A stretch of 64,000 bases of DNA, from contig JBBQFN010000026.1 in the NCBI GenBank assembly GCA_038321985.1, positions 10,846 through 74,845 of the forward strand, read 5' to 3'. The position numbers and the translations under genes were made by a program. Positions 51,830 to 63,453 of the stretch are shown here, piece after piece. The stretch is from Cyanophyceae cyanobacterium (GTDB lineage Bacteria; Cyanobacteriota; Cyanobacteriia; Cyanobacteriales; Laspinemataceae). The notes beneath the pieces were generated by a model. That model searched no databases, was not told the origin of the DNA, and worked only from the letters and a program-made list of their open reading frames with translations. Positions within the stretch are counted from its first letter, which is position 1. Each line of letters opens with the position of its first letter.

Positions 51830-52681
51830 ATGAGCCGCAAAGGTCAATCCATAACCCTGTCCATCTCAGAACGCGATAAAATTCAGTTGCAAGAACTCGC
51901 CCTAGAACTGGGGAAGACGTGGGGCGATCGCCCGAATATCTCCCGACTGGTGGAGGCGATCGCCCGGGGTGAGCTTCAGATTGCCCCTAACAATGACTGG
52001 TCAAATACCCGGATAGAAGCCCTCAATTGCGCCTTGGATGCCCTCACCGATGCTGGGAGAATTTTGGAAGCCCAGGCGATCGCCCAACTGTTGCAAGAAC
52101 GAAGCGAACTCTCTATCCCCCTTCGCCACAAAATTGAGCATTTTTTGGAGACTCCCCCTTACCCTTGGCGCATCGAACTCGATCGCTATATCCTCCGCCA
52201 GCAACCCTTTCAACTCTCCTATCAAGATGCCACAGGCCGCCTGTGGACCTTCACCGTTCATCACGCCCAAATTAACCGGCATGAAGAACGGCAATATCTG
52301 GATTGTTGGTGCGAGGAAACCGAAGGCAATCTCGATATCCCAGAACTCATCCATAACTGGTGTTTGCGTTTAGACCGCATTACTGACGCTGCCATTTTCC
52401 CCATTCAGGGCCCTTGGCGTCCCCAGCTTGATCAGATAGGGGTCGAAATCCACTTGTACAATCGATTAGCCTTTGCCTATAAACCCAAACCTGGAGATAT
52501 CTCCGCAGACTGGTTAGACAATCAGGTTAAGCAGGTGGTGCGGCGCATCTCCAGTACCTACTGGTTTATCCGGGAAGTCCAGCGAGAAGCACCAGATATG
52601 ATGGTCATGGCCCCCCAGTTTGTGCGCGATCGCCTCCGCGAAAAATTACTGGCACTCTGCCAACACTATGACAATTCCTAG
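51830..52681 (+). CDS. RHH-WYL transcriptional regulator of the cas locus
   Basis: N-terminal SITLSISERDK..L..LA ribbon-helix-helix; QYLDCWC...LRLDRI WYL domain; divergent from cas3. Confidence 0.88.
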   Translation: MSRKGQSITLSISERDKIQLQELALELGKTWGDRPNISRLVEAIARGELQIAPNNDWSNTRIEALNCALDALTDAGRILEAQAIAQLLQERSELSIPLRHKIEHFLETPPYPWRIELDRYILRQQPFQLSYQDATGRLWTFTVHHAQINRHEERQYLDCWCEETEGNLDIPELIHNWCLRLDRITDAAIFPIQGPWRPQLDQIGVEIHLYNRLAFAYKPKPGDISADWLDNQVKQVVRRISSTYWFIREVQREAPDMMVMAPQFVRDRLREKLLALCQHYDNS

Positions 52682-52962
52682 CCCTTGTCCCCTCCTAAAA
52701 GAGGCCCCTTGACCTAGATATCCGATCGGCTCAAGGGGACCTGAAACGGGGTTTTTGGTTTAAATTAGTACAAAATAGGCCCAGATTTTTTCGAGGAATT
52801 CGGTTTCTAAGCGTTATGGCACCCATTTTTGAGAGATCTAACCCCTGCGGCTGTATGGTGCTTGTGTTGATTTCGTGAAACCGGCACTTGCCAAAATGGA
52901 ACTCTTCCTGCTAATCAATGAAAGCAGAGATAAAATTAAGTTTTGTAACGTGAGGAGTGAAA

Positions 52963-54438
52963 ATGTACATCGTACAGATTGCCTCGGAATGCGCCCCCGT
53001 GATTAAAGCGGGCGGATTGGGGGATGTGGTTTATGGATTAAGCCGAGAATTGGAAAATCGGGGTCATACGGTGGAAGTGATTCTGCCCAAATATGATTGT
53101 ATGCGCTATGACCATATTTGGGGCCTTCATGATGCCTATCGGGATTTGTTCGTGCCTTGGTATGGAGGGGCTGTCCACTGTTCGGTGTATTGTGGATGGG
53201 TGCACGGGCGGGTTTGCTTCTTTATTGAACCCCACTGCGAGGATAATTTCTTTAACCGGGGTTGTTACTACGGTTGCAGTGATGATAATATGCGTTTTGC
53301 CTTCTTTAGCAAGGCGGCTTTAGAGTTTCTCCTCAGAAGTAATAAGCGACCCGATGTTATCCATTGTCATGACTGGCAAACGGGTTTAGTTCCGGTCTTG
53401 TTATACGAAATCTACAAGTATAATGGGATGGGGAATCAGCGAGTTTGTTATACGATTCACAACTTTAAACATCAAGGTTTGGCGGGTTCTGAGGTGCTCA
53501 AGGGAACAGGACTCAATCAAGAGGCTTATTACTTCCAACATGATCGCCTCCAGGATAATTTCAATCCCTTTGCTTTAAACCTGATGAAAGGCGGGATTAT
53601 TTATTCCAATGCGGTAACGACGGTTTCCCCCCACCATGCTTGGGAAGCTCATTATACCGAGGTAGGTTCCGGATTGGGTCATACTTTGCATTTGCATCAA
53701 GATAAATTTACCGGGGTTCTGAATGGGATTGATGATGATTTCTGGAATCCGGAAACAGACCGCTACATTCCCTCTCATTACAGTATTGATGATTTTGAAG
53801 CCAAGCAGCAAGCGAAGAAAGCGCTACGATCGCAATTATTGCTGCGAGATGAAGATAAACCTATTGTCGTCTATATTGGACGGCTTGACCAACAAAAGGG
53901 TGTACACTTAGTTCATCATGCCATGTATTATGCCCTCGGTAAAGGCGCACAGTTTGTCCTGCTGGGTTCAGCGACGGAACCAGCAATTAATAACCATTTT
54001 TGGCATGAGAAAAATTTCTTAAATGATAATCCTGACTGTCATTTGGAGTTAGGTTTTAATGAAGAGTTATCCCACTTAATCTATGCCGGATCCGATATGA
54101 TTCTGGTTCCGAGTAATTATGAACCCTGTGGCTTAACCCAGATGATTGGCTTGAAATATGGCACGGTTCCGATTGTGCGCGGGGTTGGAGGATTGGTCAA
54201 TACGGTATTTGACCGAGACTATGACCAGAATAAAGCACCGGAAAAACGGAATGGGTATGTGTTTTATGAAACGGACCAATATGCCCTAGAATCGGCGATG
54301 GAACGGGCTATTGATTTGTGGTATAATTCTCCCAAAGAGTTTAGTCAGCTTGCTATTCAAGGCATGGAATATGACTATTCGTGGAAAGACCCGGCGGAAA
54401 ACTATGTGAATATTTACGAATCAATTCGGCACAAATAA
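52963..54438 (+). CDS. glgA: Glycogen synthase
   Basis: ASECAPVIKAGGLGDV, HCHDWQT, PSNYEPCGLTQM. Confidence 0.95.
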   Translation: MYIVQIASECAPVIKAGGLGDVVYGLSRELENRGHTVEVILPKYDCMRYDHIWGLHDAYRDLFVPWYGGAVHCSVYCGWVHGRVCFFIEPHCEDNFFNRGCYYGCSDDNMRFAFFSKAALEFLLRSNKRPDVIHCHDWQTGLVPVLLYEIYKYNGMGNQRVCYTIHNFKHQGLAGSEVLKGTGLNQEAYYFQHDRLQDNFNPFALNLMKGGIIYSNAVTTVSPHHAWEAHYTEVGSGLGHTLHLHQDKFTGVLNGIDDDFWNPETDRYIPSHYSIDDFEAKQQAKKALRSQLLLRDEDKPIVVYIGRLDQQKGVHLVHHAMYYALGKGAQFVLLGSATEPAINNHFWHEKNFLNDNPDCHLELGFNEELSHLIYAGSDMILVPSNYEPCGLTQMIGLKYGTVPIVRGVGGLVNTVFDRDYDQNKAPEKRNGYVFYETDQYALESAMERAIDLWYNSPKEFSQLAIQGMEYDYSWKDPAENYVNIYESIRHK

Positions 54439-54620
54439 TCACGGGAAATCTATCCCTGAATCCTCTTTCAAAGAACAGCTATAGCCTATCATGGGTCAGA
54501 AAAGAAGTTTTTTTTGGCCTGTGGTAGGTATTTAATATTTTATATATTTGCTCTTTTATTAAGTTTAAGTAAACTCCGGCAAATTTCTGAATAAATGCTA
54601 CTGAAGCGAGTCCAGTCGGT

Positions 54621-55133
54621 TTAGAATTTGGGAGGGGGAAGCGACACTACGGATAACCAATATTTGCATAAGCTCTGCATGGCGATCGTCAATTTATCAA
54701 AAGTTAAGGGGTTGACGATAAATGAGTTTGCACCTGCATTGTAGCATTTAGAGATGTCTTCTTGGTGATAAGAACTACTCAGGATTACTATTGGGATAGT
54801 CTTCAGTTGGGGATCGGATTTTATATGAACTAATGCCTCTCGTCCGTCGAGTTTCGGCATATTCAAGTCAAGCAAGAGCAGATCAGGAAAAGGCGACTTC
54901 AGTTGATCCTGATAGGGACCGCGCCGATAGAGATAGTCAAGAAGTTGCTCCCCATCTTCTACAAAAAATAGGGTGTGGTTTGAGTGAACTTCTTGCAACA
55001 CTTCTTCAATCAGTAAGCAGAAGGAAGAATCGTCATTTGCAATTAAAATGGTGGGGGGGTTTAAGGGGGTCGTCATAGTTTGAGTTAGGACGGGATTAGG
55101 GGCTGATGGCTTCGGCATAAATGTTAGGGGCAA
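54621..55133 (-). CDS. Single-domain response regulator (Rcp1-like)
   Basis: PDLLLLDLNMPKLDGRE, IPIVILSSS, GANSFI. Confidence 0.88.
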   Translation of the reverse strand: MPLTFMPKPSAPNPVLTQTMTTPLNPPTILIANDDSSFCLLIEEVLQEVHSNHTLFFVEDGEQLLDYLYRRGPYQDQLKSPFPDLLLLDLNMPKLDGREALVHIKSDPQLKTIPIVILSSSYHQEDISKCYNAGANSFIVNPLTFDKLTIAMQSLCKYWLSVVSLPPPKF

Positions 55134-56375
55134 TTATAATAATTTAGCATCTTTTCTCAAGGGGTCATCTTGTGCTTTTTGCGCCAGTATGCTAAAGTAA
55201 AATACTGATCCTTGGAGGGGACAAGATTCGACCCAAATTGTTCCCCCGTGCAATTCGACAATTTTTTTACAAATTGCTAATCCGATACCCGTTCCGGGGT
55301 ATTCTTTTTCGGAATGGAGGCGTTGGAAAATTTGAAATATTCGCCCTAGGTGCTTAGTTTCCATTCCAATTCCATTATCCTGAATGGAAAATACCCATAC
55401 ATCCTCCTTAAGAGATGCACTGATGTGGATACAAGGTGAAATATCTTGACGCCGGTATTTAAGGGCGTTACTGATTAAGTTTTGAAACAGTTGCAATAAT
55501 CCCCTACTATTACCGGCGATCGCCGGTAATGGATCATGAGTAATCAGCGATTGAGTTTCATGGATTTCGGTTTCGAGATTAGCTAGGGCCTTTGATAATA
55601 CTTGCTCGCAGTTAACGGGTTCCATGACTTGTGCCATTCTCCCGATACGGGAATATTGTAGCAAATCGTCAATCAATTGTTGCATCCTAAGACTGCCACT
55701 AATGATGCGTTCAATAAATTGATGTGCTTTGGCATCCAGTTGCTCCCGGTAACGGTTTTCTAACAGTTGGGCGAAGCTGGCAATGTTTCCTAAAGGGGCT
55801 TGTAAGTCGTGAGAAACAACATAAGCAAACTGTTCCAATTCCTGATTAGACCGTTTCATTTCCCGGTTTAATTCCATTAACTGCTGTTCAATGGCTTTGC
55901 GATCGCGGATTTCCTGTTCAAGTTGAATATTTTGTTCTTTAAGTCTATTTTGTAACCGGAGAATTTGGAGTTGATTTTCTACCCGGGCCACGACTTCTTT
56001 AACTTGAAAAGGTTTAGTAACATAGTCTACTCCCCCGACATTAAAGGCATGAACTTTCTCTACTGTCTCCTCAATAACGCTTAAAAAAATGACAGGAATT
56101 TCTCGGGTTTCAGGATTGGCTTTGAGTTGTTCACAGACTTGATACCCATTCATTTCGGGCATCTGGATATCTAACAAGATTAGATCCGGAGGATGCCTAC
56201 GAACTACTCTGAGGGCCATTGCACCATTTGTCACGCACCGGACTTTGTAACCCTTGTCTTTGAGAATGTTTAAGAGCAAGCGCAGGTTATCCGGGCGATC
56301 GTCTACCAATAATATGTTTCCGATGGGATCGCTCATGTTGCGTAGGCTAATGATTGTTTCTTTATTATCCCTCAC
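55134..56375 (-). CDS. Receiver-histidine kinase hybrid
   Basis: N-terminal REC; FAYVVSHDLQAPL H-box, NLISNALKY, DNGIG, GTGIGLAIC. Confidence 0.93.
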   Translation of the reverse strand: MRDNKETIISLRNMSDPIGNILLVDDRPDNLRLLLNILKDKGYKVRCVTNGAMALRVVRRHPPDLILLDIQMPEMNGYQVCEQLKANPETREIPVIFLSVIEETVEKVHAFNVGGVDYVTKPFQVKEVVARVENQLQILRLQNRLKEQNIQLEQEIRDRKAIEQQLMELNREMKRSNQELEQFAYVVSHDLQAPLGNIASFAQLLENRYREQLDAKAHQFIERIISGSLRMQQLIDDLLQYSRIGRMAQVMEPVNCEQVLSKALANLETEIHETQSLITHDPLPAIAGNSRGLLQLFQNLISNALKYRRQDISPCIHISASLKEDVWVFSIQDNGIGMETKHLGRIFQIFQRLHSEKEYPGTGIGLAICKKIVELHGGTIWVESCPLQGSVFYFSILAQKAQDDPLRKDAKLL

Positions 56376-56609
56376 TAGCTTACTTTGAGCTCAATGAAAC
56401 TGTGTTCAGTGGCGATCGCGGGTTCGGATTAAGGTAAATTTTATCACCCTAGGGCGTTGACAATGGCGGTGAACAGCCGGAAGATAGCCCCTTCGTTCGT
56501 AGCAGCGAACCGATGACAGGATCTTAAATCAGCCTTAAAATAATAGAGAGCACCTTCCTGTCCAGGGGGTAAAAAGCCCGAGAAGGGGGGAAATTGCCCG
56601 AGTGGGGGA

Positions 56610-58973
56610 ATGCTTTTCCACCTTTCCTTAGCCGAGAATAAAACGATGAGCAAAATTTCCGCAGTCGGCTTGTTATTTCAGCAATTAGGGTTGAGGAGAA
56701 ATCCCAAGATGCGGGTTTTTCTGCAAGTTTTACTCGCGGTTGGATTGCTAGGGGCGATCGCCAGGATGCTGCCCTATTTAGCACCAATCCGCGCGGGAGA
56801 TATTGCCCAAAGTGAACAAGCGATCGCCTTTAGCGATCGCAACGGGCTTCCCCTCGGTACCCTTCTCACTCGGGACCAAGATCATACGGCGGTTGTGGCG
56901 ATTGATCAGGTTTCTGAACCGTTTCTCCAGGCGATTATCGCGGCAGAGGATAAGCGATATTATCAGCATGGGGCGGTAGATTTACAAGCCGTTGCCCGTG
57001 CAGTCTTGGAAGGGGTACAAGCGCGATCGCTAGTTTCGGGCGCATCCACGATTACAATGCAATTGGCGCGGATGCTGGAACCGGCACCGCGCACTTTACC
57101 CCATAAACTAGGTGAAGTTTGGCTATCTTGGCGACTGTTTGCCGGGATGAACCGAGATGAAATTCTACAGGCTTATATTAACCGTCTACCGATGGGGGGA
57201 AATATATATGGGGTAGAAGCGGCTGCCCGCACTTATTTCGGACTGCCTGCCTCAGAACTCAACCTCGCTCATGCCAGTATTCTAGCCGCGATTCCTAACG
57301 ATCCTAATCATTATAATCCCTATTCTAATTGGCGATCGCTGAAAAAGCGTCAGCGCTATGTTCTCGATCGCATGGTAGCCGATGGTTATATTACCCCAGA
57401 GGAAGCAAGTCGGGCGGAACAAGAAGAAATCCAGGTTTTACTCCCCGAACGCAGCATTATCGCCGCCCCTCACTTTCTATTTTGGCTAGCTAATCGCTTG
57501 CCGGAAGGGGTTTCTACCGTACAAACGACTCTGGATCGCCGGTTGCAACAGTTTGTGCAAACCCAAGTCCAGGAAGTGGTTCGTTCCCTGGTGGCTCACA
57601 ATGTTACTCATGCGGCAGCGTTAGTGATTGACAATCATACCGGGGAGGTGTTGGCTTATGTGGGTTCACCGAATTACTTCGCGGACGCCCAACAGGGGCG
57701 AAATGATGGGGTGCAAGCCTTACGGCAACCGGGTTCGGCCCTTAAACCGTTTTTGTATGAGTTGGCGTTAGAAATTGGGGCGATCGCGCCAAATCAGATT
57801 TTAGCGGATGTTCCTACTCATTATGCAATACCGGGGGCGCGATTATACAGCCCGGTAGATTATAGTCAAAAGTTTTTAGGGCCGGTACGGGTGCGCGCTG
57901 CCTTGGCTAATTCGTTGAATGTGCCGACAGTGCGGGTGTTAGAGCAGGTGGGGGTAGAGCGTTTTTTGGCGCGACTGCATCAGTTGGGGTTTGAGCATCT
58001 CACGAAGTCTCCCGAATATTATGGGTTAGGGTTAGCTTTGGGGAGTGGAGAAGTGAGTTTATGGGAGTTGGCGCGGGCTTATGTGGCGATCGCCCGGAAT
58101 GGGGATTTGATTCCGTTATCGGTGACATCTGGCAGTCGTCTCCCTTCTTCCTCAGCAGTTCCTCTCATGGAGTCCTCCTATTGGGCGCTGATTGGGGATA
58201 TGTTGGGCGATCGCTATGCCCGATCACACGCATTTGGGGTGGATTCGGTCCTGAGTTTACCGTTTCCGGCGGCGGTGAAAACGGGAACTTCTTCGGATTA
58301 TCGAGACACTTGGACAGTTGGATATACGGTGGATTATACGGTAGCAACTTGGGTGGGAAATTTTAGTGGCGATCGCATGACAAAAGTATCGGGAGTCACC
58401 GGCGCTGCACCCTTGTGGAATCGCATTATGTTGCATCTACATGAAACCCGGGAACCGGCAGCGTTTCCTCCTCCTGCCAATCTGGTACAACGTCCGATTT
58501 GTGCGATAACGGGATTAAAACCCACCGTAGATTGTCCCTCGGTGGTGCTTGAATATTTTGCACCGGAACATCTAAGTACCTACGATCGCTCCGAGGGGTT
58601 TGAGTTATCCCGGGAGTATAACGACTGGTTGGCAAGGCAAAGTCAACCGCAAGTCTCGGGCGATCGGCTAAAAATTGCCTTTCCTGAAAACGATGATTAT
58701 TTTATCTTAAATTCGAGAGACTCTACACCGCGCATCCAGTTTAAATTAGCCGTTGCACCCGAAACACCCATAGAATGGTGGGTAATCGGTGAATCGGGGA
58801 AACAACAACTGAAGACTGAGGCGAATCATGCTCTATTTTGGCCGATGGAAGTGGGGGAATGGACCTTAGAAGTTAGAAGCGCAGAGTTAACAGATCGGGT
58901 CACTTTTCAAGTCCAACTCCCGGACAATCGCCCTACTCGGCGAGGATTTCGAGCGATAAGTGAGGGGGAATAA
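56610..58973 (+). CDS. pbpC: Penicillin-binding protein 1C (start uncertain)
   Basis: EDKRYYQHG, GASTITMQLAR, GSALKPF, SLN, KTGTS; C-terminal PBP1C domain. Confidence 0.88.
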   Translation: MLFHLSLAENKTMSKISAVGLLFQQLGLRRNPKMRVFLQVLLAVGLLGAIARMLPYLAPIRAGDIAQSEQAIAFSDRNGLPLGTLLTRDQDHTAVVAIDQVSEPFLQAIIAAEDKRYYQHGAVDLQAVARAVLEGVQARSLVSGASTITMQLARMLEPAPRTLPHKLGEVWLSWRLFAGMNRDEILQAYINRLPMGGNIYGVEAAARTYFGLPASELNLAHASILAAIPNDPNHYNPYSNWRSLKKRQRYVLDRMVADGYITPEEASRAEQEEIQVLLPERSIIAAPHFLFWLANRLPEGVSTVQTTLDRRLQQFVQTQVQEVVRSLVAHNVTHAAALVIDNHTGEVLAYVGSPNYFADAQQGRNDGVQALRQPGSALKPFLYELALEIGAIAPNQILADVPTHYAIPGARLYSPVDYSQKFLGPVRVRAALANSLNVPTVRVLEQVGVERFLARLHQLGFEHLTKSPEYYGLGLALGSGEVSLWELARAYVAIARNGDLIPLSVTSGSRLPSSSAVPLMESSYWALIGDMLGDRYARSHAFGVDSVLSLPFPAAVKTGTSSDYRDTWTVGYTVDYTVATWVGNFSGDRMTKVSGVTGAAPLWNRIMLHLHETREPAAFPPPANLVQRPICAITGLKPTVDCPSVVLEYFAPEHLSTYDRSEGFELSREYNDWLARQSQPQVSGDRLKIAFPENDDYFILNSRDSTPRIQFKLAVAPETPIEWWVIGESGKQQLKTEANHALFWPMEVGEWTLEVRSAELTDRVTFQVQLPDNRPTRRGFRAISEGE

Positions 58974-59123
58974 TTTACTACTCAAAATTAAGGATGAAGG
59001 GGGACTAGATGACGTTTATCTCATGTAGAATAATTTCAATCATTAGGAGTGTGAAGCTCTGGTTTTCCTCTGACTCATGGGCAACGAAATGCTCCTACTC
59101 ACAGGAATGTTTATACCATAAAT

Positions 59124-59167
59124 TTAGGCGATTATAGAGTTTTTAATGAGACTCTATAATCGCCTAA
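59124..59167. terminator. 17-bp perfect inverted repeat between convergent genes
   Basis: TTAGGCGATTATAGAGT-10 nt-ACTCTATAATCGCCTAA. Confidence 0.65.
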
Positions 59168-59405
59168 TGTTTAGAAAAGCAAAATTGAAACTAAGTGAGG
59201 TTTTTAGTCAAAGGTTAGATCTCACCTTTTTTCAAGGGTAAGGTAAGAAGTTCTGCTGGCAATGAATTTGGCATTTCTTGCCCACAGTTCAAACAGAACC
59301 AGTAAGAACCCCCTTTGCGAACATGGTGTAATAAAGAGCCATTACAACAAGGACATTGATTGCTGACTGTCATGTAAATACACCTTCTGTTTTGTCATTA
59401 AAATC

Positions 59406-60509
59406 TTATGAAAGAACCGTCAACTTATCTTTTAAATGACCATTTTGGTGAATGGTTTTTGACAAGGCAAGACGGTAGGCGGCTTCGTATCCATCAACCA
59501 TTGTCGCGATGCTGAATTCACCGACGACGCGATCGCGGCAGGCTTGGCGATCGAGTTTGGCGACAGCGGGAATAGCCGCGATCATTTCCTCGATCGTATT
59601 GCAGATGATTCCGGTTTTGCCGTCAGCAATTACTTCAGGAACGGAACCCAGATTCATGGCAATCAATGGAGTACCTGTACACATTGATTCAATCATCACC
59701 AAGCCAAAGGGTTCTCTCCAGGTAATCGGGAACAGAGTAGCAACCGCATTTCCTATCACGGCTACTTTTTGTTCGTGGTTGGTTTCCCCTAAATATTCAA
59801 TTTGTGTGCCATCGATGAGCGGCTTAATTTCATTTTCGTAGAATTTTTCGTCTACCGGATCGACTTTACCGGCAATTTTCAAGTGCCAGCCTGTGGCTTT
59901 GGCGATTTCGATGGCGTGGTGAATCCCTTTTTCTGGGGAAATTCTGCCTAAAAATGCCAAATAAGGCGGGTCCTGGGGCTTAGGAAAGAAAGGATAAGCA
60001 TCGATATTAATGCCATTATAGACCGTACCCAGATAATTCAAATCAGGTCCGCCTTCTCTTTGAGCATCGGTTATGCTGATATAACCCTGGTTGCCATACT
60101 TCTGATACAATTTGCTGCTGTCAGTTGTAAAGTTTCCATGCAGCGTATGCACCACGGAAGTCTTCATTAACTCAGCCAAAGGGAGGGACGAGTATCCATT
60201 ATGAAAGTGGATAATATCAAACTCGGAAGCCATTTCGTAAATCCGGTTGAGTTGCAGCATATCATACACCGCCGGCTCTTTCACTGTGGGGTCTAGGCGC
60301 AAAGCTCGCGGCACCACAGATTCTAATTTTGCCAGAGTTTGGGAATCTCCAGAAGCAAATAAGGTAACATCATGACCCCGACGGACTAATTCATCGGTTA
60401 AGTGACTAACCACTAATTCAATGCCACCATAACCCGGTGGGGGAACTCGTTCCGCTAAGGGTGAAACTTGAGCTATACGCATATTTTTCTCTCTGGATGG
60501 TAAGTTCAC
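59406..60509 (-). CDS. GT4 glycosyltransferase
   Basis: VPPPGYGGIE, GRISPEKG, EPFGLVMIES. Confidence 0.9.
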   Translation of the reverse strand: MNLPSREKNMRIAQVSPLAERVPPPGYGGIELVVSHLTDELVRRGHDVTLFASGDSQTLAKLESVVPRALRLDPTVKEPAVYDMLQLNRIYEMASEFDIIHFHNGYSSLPLAELMKTSVVHTLHGNFTTDSSKLYQKYGNQGYISITDAQREGGPDLNYLGTVYNGINIDAYPFFPKPQDPPYLAFLGRISPEKGIHHAIEIAKATGWHLKIAGKVDPVDEKFYENEIKPLIDGTQIEYLGETNHEQKVAVIGNAVATLFPITWREPFGLVMIESMCTGTPLIAMNLGSVPEVIADGKTGIICNTIEEMIAAIPAVAKLDRQACRDRVVGEFSIATMVDGYEAAYRLALSKTIHQNGHLKDKLTVLS

Positions 60510-61080
60510 TTGAATTAACTAATTAATTGACTCTAAAAAAGCAGTTAGTGCATCTATCTTTAGGTAGATTTTAGGGCTAAACAAGAATATATTGCCCGAT
60601 TTTTCAGCGCCATGAAGGGTTAAATAATTGCTCTTTCGCAGAAACTACGGATAGCAGGTATTTTCACTTCGTTTATTGCTGATGCTCAAAACTTAACTTG
60701 ACTCTTGATGGTCTGGGTAGTAGTATTAACCGTACCAATCGTTCTGTACGATTCCATCGTAGAGTTAAAAGATAGAACCAGGAGTTCTGGAAATGACATT
60801 AAGATTTCCAGCGGTTGAAAGGTAAGAAATTAAGCGAAATTTCCAGTGGAAGAGTTGGAGGAGATAGACCTAGGGCCTTATGAAAACTGTACCGTATGAT
60901 TGCAATAGGTTATTGGCCTAGGGTTTAACTTTTCTTAACATTATTGCTTGCAAACAAAAAATAAAAGAGAGATGGGGTTCGGTAAACCCTACTGACTCCC
61001 CTCTTGATTTATTCTGATTCAAAGTTTTAGCTAAATGGGCGGGAATTATTGCTTTAAACCAGTCTATCTGAATCGTTAAA

Positions 61081-62253
61081 ATGCAACATCAGCGGGAATT
61101 TGGATCAGTTTCTAATGAAAAAGAGGCAGAAAGGCTAGGGGTAATGCTTTCCCATAGCTTCAATTTCACCGGGTGGGAACTCTTTCGCGATCGCATTGGT
61201 ATCGGAAACTACCGCGCCATTTGGCAAGACAAGCAAATTATAGGCGGATTAGGACTGTATCCCATGGCACAATGGTGGGGTGGCAATCCAGTTACAATGG
61301 CGGGAGTTGCCGCAGTAGGAGTATCGCCAGAACATCGCGGAACTGGGGTAGCCGACGAACTACTCAGAAATACACTCCAAGAACTCTACAATAATCAGAT
61401 CCCGCTTTCGGTTCTTTACGCTGCTACTCAGGTTCCCTATCGAAAGGTGGGATATGAACAGGCGGGGAGTCTGTGTAAGTGGGAACTCCCCCTTGAAAGC
61501 ATTCAGATGCGCGATCGCACTCTGGCGATGCATTCTATCGAACCGATACTATCGGAGACACTTGCAGCGATTTATCACCAACAGGCGATCGCCTGTAATG
61601 GTAATCTTGATCGCCACCCCGGTATTTGGGAAAACATTTTTAAACCCATCCCCGAAGAAACCCTCTATGCAGATTTAATCGGGGAACCCAATGAATGGCA
61701 AGGTTATATTATTTATAGTCAACAACGAAAAGGAAACTCCCAAACCCTTGCCGTCGTCGATTGGGTGGCGTTAACTCCTGCTGCCATCCGTCGTTTGTGG
61801 ACTTTCCTCGCCGATTTTCGTTCTCAATTTTCTAAGGTAATTTGGCGCAGTTACCCCCTTGACCCCTTCTTATTATGTCTCCCCGAACAAACCGCAAAAA
61901 TTACCGATTTAGCCCACTGGTTGTTACGAATTGTGGATGTACCTTTAGCCCTAGAAAAACGCGGCTATCCCCTGGGAATAGAAGGAGAAGTGCATTTAGA
62001 ACTACAGGATAATATCTTGCTTGAAAATAATGGTAAATTTGTTCTAACTGTATCTGAGGGTAAAGGAGTAGTAACTCCCGGCGGAAGAGGAGACTTACAG
62101 TTAGACGTGCGTGGATTATCCCCTCTTTATACGGGATTTTTAACCGCCCATCAACTCTATCTGGCCGGTCATATTCAAGGAAATTCTACTGCTTTATCCA
62201 CTGCAACCGAGCTATTCAGAGGAACACATCCCTGGATGGCGGATATGTTTTGA
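61081..62253 (+). CDS. Eis-family GNAT acetyltransferase
   Basis: VAAVGVSPEHRGTG, LYAA...YRKVGYE, LLRIVDV, SCP2-like C-terminus ending MADMF. Confidence 0.88.
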   Translation: MQHQREFGSVSNEKEAERLGVMLSHSFNFTGWELFRDRIGIGNYRAIWQDKQIIGGLGLYPMAQWWGGNPVTMAGVAAVGVSPEHRGTGVADELLRNTLQELYNNQIPLSVLYAATQVPYRKVGYEQAGSLCKWELPLESIQMRDRTLAMHSIEPILSETLAAIYHQQAIACNGNLDRHPGIWENIFKPIPEETLYADLIGEPNEWQGYIIYSQQRKGNSQTLAVVDWVALTPAAIRRLWTFLADFRSQFSKVIWRSYPLDPFLLCLPEQTAKITDLAHWLLRIVDVPLALEKRGYPLGIEGEVHLELQDNILLENNGKFVLTVSEGKGVVTPGGRGDLQLDVRGLSPLYTGFLTAHQLYLAGHIQGNSTALSTATELFRGTHPWMADMF

Positions 62254-62493
62254 AAGAAGAAATCGATAATAAGGAAATTCGTAGTAGAGAAAGAAATGGG
62301 TAATAGGGAGTGAGACGCTCCCACTCCTCAATCCCCCTATAAATTTTTGTACATCGAGTTTTTTTTACATCCATCGAGCTACTTTAGGGCCGATCTAAAC
62401 CCCTTCGTCTACAGGGATAATTCCTTGTAATCAAGGCGGACAGACCCACCGGAGCGTCAGCAGGTGGGGAAGCATTCATGAGGAAATTTGGTA

Positions 62494-63453
62494 TTATTTC
62501 TCCAAAACTTGGGGAATCAAAATCGTGCGATCGCCCAGTTTAGCTTCAAAATTAAGGCTATTTTTTAAAGCAATTAAATCCCAATATTCAAACGTATCAA
62601 ATCCAAATGCTTTTTGCGACAATTGCTCTAAACTGTCCCCCGGTTGGACTTGATAGGAAACCCACCCATAAGTTTTGCCATCTAGGGTAAAATTTTGAGA
62701 CTGTTGCAACCAATGCTGATAGCGTGTATCCCGATTAAGGTCTAACCGAGATTCCATCTGATGTAATGCTTTTCGCCACAGTTGATATCCCATTGGGCTT
62801 AAATGGATACCATCAGTGGTTAACTCGCGCCGTAGCATATCTTCGTCGTTGGTAAAGCTAGAATTAAGGTCGAGATAGGTTGCTCCTTCGGATTTGGCGA
62901 TCGCCGCAAGTTCGAGATTAATTAAACGAATTCTCGTATTGGGAAGTGCCGCAAGTCGGGTTGGTAAAATGGATTGGACGACAATTTTAGAGGGAGGATG
63001 AATCAGTTGTAGTTCCCGTACCGTATAATAAATATTATCTGCAATACTGGCATCCCGTTTTCCCTGCCGTAAATCATTAATTCCCGCTAATAGATAAATG
63101 ACATGAGGTTTAGTCTCAGAAAAAGTCCACAATCTTTTTAAAATTCCGCCTGTATTATCTCCAGAAATTCCTTGATTGAGCCACAGTCTCCCCGGTGGCA
63201 GTAGTTCGCATGGAAACCACATCGAAATCGAATCCCCTAATAAAATAGCGAGACGATTAGAACCCTGTCCCCTGGTGAGTGCGCTGGCTTCCCAAGCTAA
63301 CAGATTAGTCCAATTTTGATAGGTAGGTTGGCCGATTCCTTTTTCCCACAACGATTTAAAGCTATCGGGTTGGAGTAGGGTATAAGTTCTACCAACTTTT
63401 AACCCTTCCATGCGTTGTAAATACATTTGAATTCCAGAAGCCGGTCGATTCAT
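62494..63453 (-). CDS. SGNH/GDSL hydrolase with C-terminal LysM-like segment
   Basis: LGDSIS, NQGISGD, GINDL, DGIH; YQVQPGDSL. Confidence 0.85.
   Translation of the reverse strand: MNRPASGIQMYLQRMEGLKVGRTYTLLQPDSFKSLWEKGIGQPTYQNWTNLLAWEASALTRGQGSNRLAILLGDSISMWFPCELLPPGRLWLNQGISGDNTGGILKRLWTFSETKPHVIYLLAGINDLRQGKRDASIADNIYYTVRELQLIHPPSKIVVQSILPTRLAALPNTRIRLINLELAAIAKSEGATYLDLNSSFTNDEDMLRRELTTDGIHLSPMGYQLWRKALHQMESRLDLNRDTRYQHWLQQSQNFTLDGKTYGWVSYQVQPGDSLEQLSQKAFGFDTFEYWDLIALKNSLNFEAKLGDRTILIPQVLEK

Noticed and set aside
60510..61080. Long intergenic region with CCTAGGGCC...GGCCCTAGG inverted repeat
   Set aside because: Not enough evidence for an ncRNA; consistent with a divergent promoter region.
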